A stretch of DNA of 64,000 nt from an uncultured virus (IMG/VR IMGVR_UViG_2841800567_000007). Lineage: Duplodnaviria; Heunggongvirae; Uroviricota; Caudoviricetes. The translations under genes were made by a program, and so were the position numbers. The stretch lies in IMG/VR virus record IMGVR_UViG_2841800567_000007. One strand, given 5' to 3'. Below, one piece after another: positions 38,345 through 47,943 of this stretch; the first letter of the stretch is position 1; the number at the start of each line of letters is the position of its first letter. A model generated the notes under the pieces. It worked only from the letters and a program-made list of their open reading frames with translations, did not search any database and was not told where the DNA came from.

Positions 38345-39102
38345 GCCTGCAACTCGTAGAAGCGATTAACAATCGTGATGGCTCCGCTATGGCTCGTATG
38401 GCTGGCGGTCGTTATGAGACAGAGAAAGTCATCAGCAGTGAAGTTGAACAGCTGGTAGACGCGCTTTTCAGGCAGCTGAAGCAAATATTCCCGGCATCAG
38501 TCAGCACAAGCCTGAGGGGCGAGGAGGCCGAGAAAACCACCAAACGCCAGTGGATAGCAGCGTTCGCCGAGAACGGCATCAAAACCAGAGAGCAGCTTTC
38601 CGCAGGTGTCCGGCATGCCAGAGCGAGTAATTCCGACTTCTGGCCTTCGCCGGGAAAGTTCATTAGCTGGTGCAAAGACAGCTCAGTAATTCTCGGCGTC
38701 ACAGTCCAGGAGGTCATGCAGGAGTTTCACCGCTACAACAGAGAGAAGGGCTTGCACACCGGCGGCGCGGAACGGTTCCCCTGGTCGAAGCCGGTAATGT
38801 ACTGGATTGTCTGCGACACTCGCCGGGCCATGTACCAAAGACAACTCAGCGAGGCTGAAGTCGAGAAGTACGCTGCTAAACAACTGGACGAATGGTCGAA
38901 GAAGGTCGCAGCGGGGCAGACCATTCCTGACCCTGTTGCAAGTCTGGAAGTGAAGCGCGATGTGATGCCGGTAAATGACCAGCCAACGGGTGATGATTTA
39001 AAGATGCGCTGGATGCCTGATGCCCGTGTTCTCGGATCGGTTACTCCGGCACAGTGGCTATATGCCGAATATCAACGCCGCAAAGCGGTAGGGTTGGTGT
39101 GA
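38341..39102 (+). CDS. Replication protein P-like helicase loader
   Basis: KRQWIAAFAENGI...FWPSPGKFISWC. Confidence 0.88.
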   Translation: MSLQLVEAINNRDGSAMARMAGGRYETEKVISSEVEQLVDALFRQLKQIFPASVSTSLRGEEAEKTTKRQWIAAFAENGIKTREQLSAGVRHARASNSDFWPSPGKFISWCKDSSVILGVTVQEVMQEFHRYNREKGLHTGGAERFPWSKPVMYWIVCDTRRAMYQRQLSEAEVEKYAAKQLDEWSKKVAAGQTIPDPVASLEVKRDVMPVNDQPTGDDLKMRWMPDARVLGSVTPAQWLYAEYQRRKAVGLV

Positions 39103-39420
39103 TATGGACTACAGCAAACTGAGTGATCAGGACATTTCGATGAAAAATATTGACTGTCTGTCAGTGGTCGGGCTACATTTTGCCTGCACCAGCAAAATCT
39201 GGTGTCGGGATTGGTCTCCTGCTGATGAAACCGCGACATGACACACGCCGCGAGCGTGTTTTTTTATGTCGTAAACCTGTTACACGTCTATGGCGGCTCA
39301 GGTGGAGGGGATCGAAAGATCCACCGGTGGTGTACCGGCAAGGCTAACCTCTGCTTGGGTTGCCACCAATGATTAGCCTCTATGGTGGTGATATAACCGA
39401 TTTACACCATTGGAGTCATC

Positions 39421-40079
39421 ATGACTACTCAACTCACCGCAGAAAGCCTTTCCCCAATCATTCACAACCAGATTCCGGTTGTCACTACAGAATTATTGGC
39501 GCAACTTTACGGAACTGAGCCTTTAAATATTCAGGTTAACTTTACCAGAAACAAAGATCGATTCATTGAGGGTAAGCACTTCTTCAAAACCACTGGAGAT
39601 GACCTGAAGAATTTGCGACTTACTTTGAGTAAGTCACAAAATGAAGTTCAGATTTCACCAAAAACTCGAGCCTCATCCTCTGGACAGAACGCGGTGCCGC
39701 CCGCCACGCCAAGATGCTCGAAACCGATCAGGCGTGGGAGGTGTTCGAAAAACTGGAAGATTGCTATTTCAGCCAGAAAGACAAATCGCCAGTTGTGCCA
39801 CCTTCCATGATTCACACGCTCACCCTAACGGAAGAAGAACTTTGCTCACTCTGCTGGCTGTGGAAAGTGGCAGACAATATGCGCAAAGGTGCCGAAATGC
39901 TGTATCCCGGTTTGAAACAACTTTCATCGCAGTACTCGGGGGAATGCCACGACATGGCATTTGAGTCCCGTCACACGCTGCGAAATGTGAAAGAAATTCT
40001 TCAGCGGGAGACAAAGAATATTGACCCGTCAGCTTACCGCTGGCGCTACATCATCCCCCAAATTCGACAGATTAATTAA
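39421..40079 (+). pseudogene. ORF6N-domain antirepressor, frameshifted
   Basis: PVVTTELLAQLYG...F.EGKHFF, then LILWTERGAARHAKMLETDQAW in another frame (shift near 39671). Confidence 0.85.
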
Positions 40080-40128
40080 CTTACAAGACCCTGCCACCCG
40101 GCGGGGTTTTTTGTATATGAGGTAATCG

Positions 40129-40551
40129 ATGGAGAAACAAACGTTCTTCCTCAGAAATGAGCAGGTACGACGAAACCTGATAGGGACAATCAATAAACTT
40201 CCCCTGAATGACCACCACCCCCTCACAGTACGCATTACCGACTTTGACCGCTCACTCCTTCAGAATAGCATGTTTCATGCACTATGCGGCGACACTGCTA
40301 AACAGGCTATCTGGCTTGAGAAGCCTCGTAATCTGGTGCAGTGGAAAACGTTGTTCGTTTCCGGCCACGCAATAGCAACAGGTCGGGGTGCAGAGGTTGT
40401 TACCGGGATTGAGGGTGAGTTTTGCAACATCCGGGAATCGACCGCAGAAATGGGAATCAAGCGCATGACCAGCCTTATCGAATACTCAACGGCCTGGGCA
40501 GTCGGTAACGGTGCGCAGCTGCGTGAAGTTCGGTACAGCAATGACTATTAA
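40129..40551 (+). CDS. ninB: NinB-family recombination protein
   Basis: RSLLQNSMFHA, WKTLFVSGH, GIEGEF.NIRESTA. Confidence 0.85.
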   Translation: MEKQTFFLRNEQVRRNLIGTINKLPLNDHHPLTVRITDFDRSLLQNSMFHALCGDTAKQAIWLEKPRNLVQWKTLFVSGHAIATGRGAEVVTGIEGEFCNIRESTAEMGIKRMTSLIEYSTAWAVGNGAQLREVRYSNDY

Positions 40552-40562
40552 GGAAGGGCAGC

Positions 40563-41177
40563 ATGAAAAAATACACCCTGATTTACGCAGATCCGCCCTG
40601 GACCTACCGCGATAAAACCAACGACGGTGAGCGAGGTGCTGGCCACAAATACCAGACCATGACGATCCCCGATATTTGCCGTACAGCTGTATGGGATTTG
40701 GCCGCTGAAAGCTGTCTGCTGGCGATGTGGTGGGTGCCTGCCCAGCCCTCAGAGGCGCTCAAAGTTATGGATGCCTGGGGGTTCAGGCTGATGACCATGA
40801 AAGGATTCACCTGGCACAAGACGAACAAACACAAAGGTAACAGCGCGATTGGAATGGGCCATATGATCAGGGCCAACAGCGAGGATTGCCTGTTTGCAGT
40901 CAAAGGTAAATTGCCTGAGCGGCTGGATGCCTCAATTTGCCAGCACCTTACAGCGCCACGCATGGAGCACAGCGCCAAACCGCCAGAATTCCGCGATCTG
41001 CTGGTCAGGTTGCTGGGCGATGTACCGCGCTGTGAGTTATTCAGCAGAGACAGCGTACCGGGCTGGGATATGTGGGGTAATCAGTGCAATAACGCATTTG
41101 AACTGCTGGCGGGTATGGCAGTGAAAAACATAACTGAGAAAGCAGCATGGAAAGGCACGTTACCAATGCTGATATGA
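40563..41177 (+). CDS. MT-A70-family adenine methyltransferase
   Basis: YADPPW, MDAWGF, RANSE, HSAKP, ELFSR, WGNQ. Confidence 0.9.
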   Translation: MKKYTLIYADPPWTYRDKTNDGERGAGHKYQTMTIPDICRTAVWDLAAESCLLAMWWVPAQPSEALKVMDAWGFRLMTMKGFTWHKTNKHKGNSAIGMGHMIRANSEDCLFAVKGKLPERLDASICQHLTAPRMEHSAKPPEFRDLLVRLLGDVPRCELFSRDSVPGWDMWGNQCNNAFELLAGMAVKNITEKAAWKGTLPMLI

Positions 41178-41193
41178 CGGGGGATAAGGTGAA

Positions 41194-41559
41194 ATGGTGA
41201 AAGAATATCGCCTGGAACTCCCCTGGCCACCTACGGTGAATACCTACTGGCGACATTGTAGGGGGAGGCATTACATAAGCGCGAAAGGCACACAGTACCG
41301 AAAAGACATCATCCAGATAATCCGACAGCAAAACCTCGACATCAACACCACCGAACGCCTCAAAATCTCCATTACCGCAAATCAACCCGACAAGCGCCGA
41401 CGAGACCTCGACAACCTGCAAAAGGCTGTTTTTGATTCGCTGGTGCATGCCGGATTTATGGCTGATGACGAGCAGATTGATGATTTCAGGGTGCGAAGAG
41501 GTGAGCAGGTAAAAGGCGGATCTCTTGAGGTTCTGATAACTGAGCTGGAGGCGGCATGA
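41194..41559 (+). CDS. rusA: Holliday junction resolvase RusA
   Basis: LPWPPTVNTYWR, PDKRRRDLDNL.K, DDEQI. Confidence 0.93.
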   Translation: MVKEYRLELPWPPTVNTYWRHCRGRHYISAKGTQYRKDIIQIIRQQNLDINTTERLKISITANQPDKRRRDLDNLQKAVFDSLVHAGFMADDEQIDDFRVRRGEQVKGGSLEVLITELEAA

Positions 41560-41942
41560 CAACTGAAGACGAGCTTGCAAATGTGGTTGTGTTTTCCACA
41601 AAGAAAGGCGACTTAAAAAACGAGATGGCAATGAGGCATGAGGGCGATCTGGATAAACCGAGATTCTGCTTACATGATGCTGTTTGGGTAAACCAAAAAG
41701 ACCGAACCGTGCGTTGTCGTCGCTGTGAAACTTTACTCGATCCGTTCAACTACATTTTGACGCTTTGTGACCGGGAATCGAAATATGTTGAAAGCGTCAA
41801 ATATCTGAGGCAGGAAGAAAAGCAGCGACGCCAGAATATCGAAAGGCTTATCCAGATTGAGCGTAACGCGAAGTCGCGAATCCGCCGGACTGGAAGTAAA
41901 GCGCCGTTACCCCGCTGGCAGAATGAGGTGATTGCGAAATGA
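41556..41942 (+). CDS. Hypothetical Zn-ribbon/coiled-coil protein
   Basis: CxH...CxxC, DPF; ATGA overlaps on both sides. Confidence 0.65.
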   Translation: MTTEDELANVVVFSTKKGDLKNEMAMRHEGDLDKPRFCLHDAVWVNQKDRTVRCRRCETLLDPFNYILTLCDRESKYVESVKYLRQEEKQRRQNIERLIQIERNAKSRIRRTGSKAPLPRWQNEVIAK

Positions 41943-42625
41943 CTCCTCAATTACTCGAGTGCGCCCGTATAGAATTAACCCGCGCATTGATGGACAACTC
42001 AGGTAAAACGAAAGGGCAGTTGCAGGCATTTAGTGAGCATCCACCCGCGGAGAAAGACCGCTGTCCACGCAAACACATCCACATGGTTGAGTTTGAGGAT
42101 GGTAGAAGGGTGAAGGCACGGAACACTTCTCTGTATGTACTGGAGACGCGCCGCCGCCGCAGGCCGTTGCCACCGATAAATGATTATGAGTTTGCCGCCG
42201 CACCGTGGCGCCGCGCGGTGAACATGCTGCCTGAGCATGAACAGGCCTGGCTGCGTTACTGCTACGGTTTCGATCTGACGTTCCGTTATCAGACACTGAT
42301 TTGCCAGTCTGTTTGGACCGCTCACCAGCAGCATTTTCCACCAGGCTTACTGAAAAAAACACAGAAACGGTTGATCGCCCTCGTCTGGTTGGCGGCTCAG
42401 GATGTCGCAGCTTCTAACAACAACGACACCTATAAAGAATATGCCGGTGCAGCTTTGGGACGGCTAATCGGCTCTACACAGCAGGGGTGGTCAAAAACAT
42501 ATGCGCCTCACTGGGCACTAATGAAAACTGCATTCAGAGAAATGGATTTGTCAGCACTGTCTGGGGTGCTGAATTGTCGTGGTGAATCACATCCTGAAGA
42601 GGACAACTGCTTGCAAAAGTTGTGA
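41939..42625 (+). CDS. Late antiterminator Q
   Basis: Homologous to 13458-14153. Confidence 0.85.
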   Translation: MTPQLLECARIELTRALMDNSGKTKGQLQAFSEHPPAEKDRCPRKHIHMVEFEDGRRVKARNTSLYVLETRRRRRPLPPINDYEFAAAPWRRAVNMLPEHEQAWLRYCYGFDLTFRYQTLICQSVWTAHQQHFPPGLLKKTQKRLIALVWLAAQDVAASNNNDTYKEYAGAALGRLIGSTQQGWSKTYAPHWALMKTAFREMDLSALSGVLNCRGESHPEEDNCLQKL

Positions 42626-42700
42626 AAATCAGCCATATTTAGCGCAATTCTGATACATTGCCGAAATTTTAAAAAAAAACCGCTTAATTGCGGGGTTTTT
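42611..42700 (+). promoter_or_regulatory. Late promoter pR' and terminator tR'
   Basis: TTGCAA-17bp-CATATT (42611-42639), then hairpin and T-run. Confidence 0.65.
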
Positions 42701-42752
42701 GCTTTGGATCCACATTCGCGCTAATCGCCAAAACAGCTAAAAAGGTGAAATT

Positions 42753-42957
42753 ATGTACGGTGAAGAATCAGAAGCGCTCTATAACGAGATGTGTCGGATA
42801 GTGGGGGATGCGGTATTTGTCCTTTGTGATACTGAACATAGAAACGAAGAAGTACAAGATTGCCAGTGCACTCAGAACGGCTTCAACTGGTGATAACGGC
42901 CATACTGAATACATGCGTAAAGCGATGGAAGCTGCGATAACTGTCCTGGAACGATAA
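42753..42957 (+). pseudogene. DUF2767 (YdhZ-like) small protein, frameshifted
   Basis: LYNEMCRIVGDAV, then IASALRTA...AMEAAI in another frame. Confidence 0.55.
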
Positions 42958-43114
42958 ATACCCCGTCAAAAAATTCCAGCTCTGGCAATTGCCGGGGCTT
43001 TTTCATATTAAAGACCGCTGACAGGTTAGGTTAGTGCAACGCCTTTCCCCGTTGCCGCTCCTGGATATTCGGGGATTTTTTATTCTCACACGGCGCCCCG
43101 TTCCGGAGGTGACT

Positions 43115-43468
43115 ATGGAAAAACACGGAATAATTGAGCAAACAATGAAATGGTTGGCTGTATACCTGCCGTCGGTTTATGCTGGATTGACGGCGCTCAA
43201 CATTTCGGCATTGGCGCTCAACATTTCGGCATTGATAGATATCAGGGACGGGAAACCAAAGATATATACAGCAACAGGGTCGTTGGCTTGTGGAATCTTC
43301 GCGCTAACCGTCTCTGCGATGATGGAATATCTTGGCCTTCCCGCTAATGCAGGTGCATTTGTAGGGGGGATGATTGACTTCATCGGAGCAGACTGAATGA
43401 GAACGATAGCTCTGGGGTTGTTCTCCAAACGCACTGGCATAACTACTTATACCGGAACAGAAAAATGA
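43115..43468 (+). pseudogene. Holin with in-frame nonsense codon and 21-bp duplication
   Basis: Homologous to 15925-16257; TGA at 43394-43396 where the homologue has Arg; the frame resumes to an ATGA overlap with the lysin; ALNISAL duplicated. Confidence 0.85.
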
Positions 43469-44076
43469 ATAAATCACAGTTTCAGAAGGCGGCTAATATC
43501 AGCGCCGAATTAGCTGCGCGTTGGTTTCAGCCAATTGATGCGGCGATGGCTGAATTTGGCATTACGTCAACTGACGATCAGGCAATGTTTATCGCTCAGG
43601 TGGGGCATGAGTCTGGAGGTTTCACACGTATTGTGGAAAACCTGAATTATTCGGCTGATGGCCTGAAAGCAACTTTCGGGAAGTATTTCCCCGGTAATAC
43701 CGCAGAGCAATATGGTCGCACAGCCACCCAACCAGCAAATCAAAAAGCGATCGCAAATATCGTGTACGCCCACCGCATGGGGAATATCGGAGAAAACGAC
43801 GGCTGGAATTATCGAGGTCGCGGTCTGATTCAGATAACCGGTCACGACAATTACCGGGATTGTGGCGCTGGCCTGGGTACTGATTTGCTGTTGGTTCCGC
43901 AGTTGCTGGAGCAGGACGAATATGCGGCTCGTTCGGCAACGTGGTTCTTTGCCTCCAGGGGCTGCCTGAAACGCAGTGGCGATATTACGGCAGTAACAAA
44001 AATCATCAATGGCGGTACCAATGGCCTTGATGACCGTAAAGCTCGCTACGAAAAAGCGAAATCGGTGCTGGTATGA
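43465..44076 (+). CDS. GH19-family endolysin
   Basis: FIAQVGHESG, ENLNYS, YRGRGLIQITG..NY, INGGTNGL.DR. Confidence 0.92.
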   Translation: MNKSQFQKAANISAELAARWFQPIDAAMAEFGITSTDDQAMFIAQVGHESGGFTRIVENLNYSADGLKATFGKYFPGNTAEQYGRTATQPANQKAIANIVYAHRMGNIGENDGWNYRGRGLIQITGHDNYRDCGAGLGTDLLLVPQLLEQDEYAARSATWFFASRGCLKRSGDITAVTKIINGGTNGLDDRKARYEKAKSVLV

Positions 44077-44295
44077 CGGCCTGATAAAATGCCATCGCAG
44101 CGAAATTGATATACATGATTGTGAGCGATGGTTCACCAATGTTGGTGTGCTTTAGCTGGGTGTTCGAAGGGATAAGGAATGAAGCAGCACTACCGACATG
44201 TCGTGCTGCTTTGTGAAGAAGGGGGGAATCTACCCACAAAGGGCTGAAGTTGGGAGAAAAGTTATTTTTTTACCATTTCGAGCCTATAAATAATT

Positions 44296-44905
44296 TGTAC
44301 CCGCTCAGACCTGATCTGACCGTTACCGGTTATTTATACAGGTGTCTGTCGGATTACATCCGGTTCAGATCCTTTTCTGCACAGACACGTTTTCCATCAG
44401 GTAACCTGCCCACTGGCGTTCGCCCGCCGCACATTTTCCCCTGATGAGTCCGCTCATTATTGTCATGCCATAATCCGTTGTCCGGATCCGTTTGCAGGCT
44501 CTCCCGCTCCCCATATGACTTCTTGCGGAACGTGACCTGATAAAAGTCCTGCAAAATCGTTTTATGGAAGCGCTCACCGATGCCGTTGGTCTGTGGGGAC
44601 ATCGCCTTCGTTTTTGTATGGTCGATATCGTTGATGGCCAGATAAAGCTGGTAATCATGCTGCTCCACCTTACCACAGCACTCCGTTCCCCTGTCGGTCA
44701 GTCTTCTCAGCACCGGCAGCCCCTGAGCCTCACAGAACGGCAGTACCCGATCATTTAGCAGGCCGGCTTTGTGTTTGATGATGGGATTGTGAGTATGGAG
44801 CATCAGGGTGACCTCGTGTTTTGTATAAGGATTCGACACCCATATCAAAACCGGTAACCCCCAACCTTTCAGGGCCCGGTGTCAGATCACGTCGCGACTA
44901 ATACA
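44296..44905 (-). mobile_element. Internally deleted non-autonomous IS481 derivative (610 bp)
   Basis: Both termini present; transposase reads KAGLLN directly into DRVLPF. Confidence 0.9.
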
Positions 44906-44973
44906 CATGAGGCACGGAAATCGAGTTGGTTTAATTCAAAAGATAAAAAGAAAGGGCCTCTTGGCCTCCTTCC

Positions 44974-47934
44974 TTATATGCTGCTCACAACCTCATTTAT
45001 ATTGGTAGAGCGCATGTATCTAGCAGGATTAATCATCTGCTCTTTGAGTGAGATAAAATGCGCATTGCCACAAGTTATTTTCGCATCTTCTTCATTACCA
45101 AGACCAATGTGTTTACTTTTTGTCTCAACAACAAAGTAAATATGGTTTTCACCATTGTCTTCAATAACTAAGGCCCAGTCAGGATTGTAGGTTCCCAGTG
45201 GCGTCGGGATTTTGAACCAGCTGGGAAGTTTTACATAAAGCTTAACTTCATCCTGTTCTTCGAGTTCCTGAGCGAAATGGCTTTCGACTTCAGAATCTTT
45301 AGGAACGTATTCGTAAACTGATTTAGACGAGGTTTCGAAAAGATTACGGGCATATCCAGTTAGCTCTTTATCCATAAAGAGATTTTGTGCATATACGTCA
45401 CTTTTTAGTGGATAATATTTAATACCATCAACAATAGACAGGCGTTTGCAATAGTTGATTCTGCCTATAGCTTCACTGATAAATTGTTGTGGATTTTTAG
45501 CAAAATCAGCGAGTCTTCCGCTCTCTTTCAGTATGGTGCTTAAGCTGCGTCTTGTCAGTCCGGTTTTTTCCTGCAGAACACCAAGAATATCTGGCAGCGG
45601 TTGTTCAGCAACATCAATAACAGAGCTTGTTGTCCCATTAACCTGAGCTTTAACATCAAGACCTGACTGGCTTTGTTTGATTGTTGCTTTGCTGAAACTG
45701 ACCATTGCTTTTGCTACAGGCTGCATTTCAGAAAGTGATTTCGTACAGGATTTCATCAATTCATCTTCATCAAATGACAGTCGGTAGCGTGTTTTTTGAC
45801 TTATTCTCTGCCATAACGCTTCGAATTCCGGTCTATTTAAGACTTCTTTCCGGTATTGGATTGTTTTGCGCTCATCAGCATTATTAATGTTTAGTCGTCC
45901 TGCTGATTTACGTAGAATGATTTCAATTTGCTCCTGAAGGGGAAGGAACCTTTCGCTAACAGCAAAAGTGCCATCGAAAAGAGTTTCTTTCAGGGTTTTG
46001 GTGATTTTTCCCGATTTTTCCAGATAACCTTCAGTCTGTAGTTCAGACCAGATATCATGTGAACCGGAAATACCTACACTTTGCGAGGAATCAGAGAAGA
46101 TCAGATGGGCAAACGCATCTTTTTCGATAATACCAAAACGGATACCTGTTTCGTTCTCAATTTCGCTCTGTAGTCGTTCGGCATAGGCTTCATAATTTTC
46201 ACTGGCAACGACTGTCAGAATGTTAATGCTGTCATCACGAACACGTTCACCCTCTTGGTTAACGCACAGGCGAAGACCACGGCCTAATGTTTGACGACGT
46301 TCTCGTTCACTTCCCATTTCTCTAAGGCTACAGATCTGGAATACATTGGGGTTATCCCAGCCTTCTTTCAAAGCAGAGTGTGAAAAAATGAACCTCACCG
46401 GATTGGAGAAACTCAAAAGCTTCTCTTTATTTTTCATTATGAGGTTATAACCGCGCTCTGCATTTTCGCGGCCTGCATTATTGCTTTCGCTTGTTTCAGC
46501 CCATGCACCTTTTTTATCAATGGAGAAATAACCATCGTGAACGTCTTTAGCTTGTTCTGGATGAGAAGGGAGCAAATCTTTATAAGCGGGGCTTTTGATG
46601 GCTTTGAGATATTCTTCTTCAAAGATACGGGCATATTCACCCGGTTCACGCAGTCCTTCTTCATTGGTCTTGCGATAGAAATCAACCTTATCAATGAAAA
46701 ACAGGGTAAGGACCTTGATTTGCTGAGTATTCAGGCGAAGTTCTTTATCGAGATGTTCACGGATTGTACGTCTAATCATATGTCGCTGGATGAGCATTGG
46801 GTCAATATCACCGACGACATCACCGACTCTCATGTAGTAAGTATCAGAAGGCGTTTCCAGTGTAAGGTAACCTTTCTTGCCCGTACGGATCTCGCTTATC
46901 CGGTATCCCTGATAAATATCACGTCCTGTTTCGTCATCAAGTGTCATACCGTCATATACGATAATCTCAGAACGATTAACGTTCCCTTTTTTATCAGCTA
47001 TATCAACAAGAACAGTACCACTGATAATGTTTTTCTTACTGTTAATACTAACCAGCTTCACATAGGGGCTGTTGCTTGCATTCTGTACTTCAAGCCCGGC
47101 AACTTCGATCTGTTTGACCAGTTTTTGATTGTAAGCGTCAATGGCATCGAGACGATACACCATATGATGTTTATGCACATGTGTTGCTGAATAACGTAAG
47201 GTGAACATGGGATACATAGCATCAAGTGCGGTTTTACCCGCACCATTCAAGCCACCATCAACACTTTGTGGCTCATCGACGATAATAATCGGACGTGTAG
47301 CCCGGATCAGGTCAATTGGCTTATCCAGATCATCAACGGTCGTTTTTTCACTGGACTGATAGAGCTTGTTAACGTCTTTTTTGTTAATCGCACCCACCGT
47401 CATTACCATGATCTGCATAACAGAACTGGTTGCAAAATTTCTGACATCGGCAGGTTTTGCAGAATCATACAGGTAGTATTCGTATGGAATGCCCGCATAG
47501 AGACTTTTGAAGTGTTCTTCAGTGATTTGTAGCGTTTTATAAACGCCTTCCTTGATGGCAACGGAAGGAACCACAATGATAAATTTACTCATGCCATAGC
47601 GTTTGTTCAGCTCCAGCATGGTGCGGAGATAAACATACGTTTTACCTGTCCCTGTTTCCATTTCAACAGTAAAATCATGACTGTCAAGCACAGATGAAGG
47701 AGGAAGCTGATTTTTCAACTGAACACTGTTTAAGTTTTTCAGCAGAACATCATCTTCGGGTATTTGTGGGTTAACACGCATTGGACCTGTTGCGCCTTCA
47801 AATGAGAGTGCGCCCTGAGCTGGGGCCAGCACAGTCATTTCACTTTCCCATTTCTCCTGGCCTTCAAACAAATCGCATACCGATTTTATAGCGTTTTTCT
47901 GATATTTAAGGTCAGATTCAAAATGTAGTTTCAT
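44974..47934 (-). CDS. res: Type III restriction endonuclease subunit Res
   Basis: EMETGTGKT, DEPQ, SALKEGWDNPNVFQIC, QTLGRGLR, YNPDWA...ETK nuclease motif. Confidence 0.95.
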   Translation of the reverse strand: MKLHFESDLKYQKNAIKSVCDLFEGQEKWESEMTVLAPAQGALSFEGATGPMRVNPQIPEDDVLLKNLNSVQLKNQLPPSSVLDSHDFTVEMETGTGKTYVYLRTMLELNKRYGMSKFIIVVPSVAIKEGVYKTLQITEEHFKSLYAGIPYEYYLYDSAKPADVRNFATSSVMQIMVMTVGAINKKDVNKLYQSSEKTTVDDLDKPIDLIRATRPIIIVDEPQSVDGGLNGAGKTALDAMYPMFTLRYSATHVHKHHMVYRLDAIDAYNQKLVKQIEVAGLEVQNASNSPYVKLVSINSKKNIISGTVLVDIADKKGNVNRSEIIVYDGMTLDDETGRDIYQGYRISEIRTGKKGYLTLETPSDTYYMRVGDVVGDIDPMLIQRHMIRRTIREHLDKELRLNTQQIKVLTLFFIDKVDFYRKTNEEGLREPGEYARIFEEEYLKAIKSPAYKDLLPSHPEQAKDVHDGYFSIDKKGAWAETSESNNAGRENAERGYNLIMKNKEKLLSFSNPVRFIFSHSALKEGWDNPNVFQICSLREMGSERERRQTLGRGLRLCVNQEGERVRDDSINILTVVASENYEAYAERLQSEIENETGIRFGIIEKDAFAHLIFSDSSQSVGISGSHDIWSELQTEGYLEKSGKITKTLKETLFDGTFAVSERFLPLQEQIEIILRKSAGRLNINNADERKTIQYRKEVLNRPEFEALWQRISQKTRYRLSFDEDELMKSCTKSLSEMQPVAKAMVSFSKATIKQSQSGLDVKAQVNGTTSSVIDVAEQPLPDILGVLQEKTGLTRRSLSTILKESGRLADFAKNPQQFISEAIGRINYCKRLSIVDGIKYYPLKSDVYAQNLFMDKELTGYARNLFETSSKSVYEYVPKDSEVESHFAQELEEQDEVKLYVKLPSWFKIPTPLGTYNPDWALVIEDNGENHIYFVVETKSKHIGLGNEEDAKITCGNAHFISLKEQMINPARYMRSTNINEVVSSI

Positions 47935-47943
47935 CTCATTCCC

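Larger units (their letters stand above)
22146..44295. mobile_element. Defective lambdoid prophage 2 (P22/lambda-like), IS-truncated at both ends
   Basis: int'-xis-erf-cIII-N-cI-cro-cII-O-P-nin-Q-holin-lysin order; no spanin or structural genes. Confidence 0.9.

Noticed and set aside
44077..44973. Distal att copy of the tRNA-Asn 3' end
   Set aside because: No match found by eye; probably deleted at the IS
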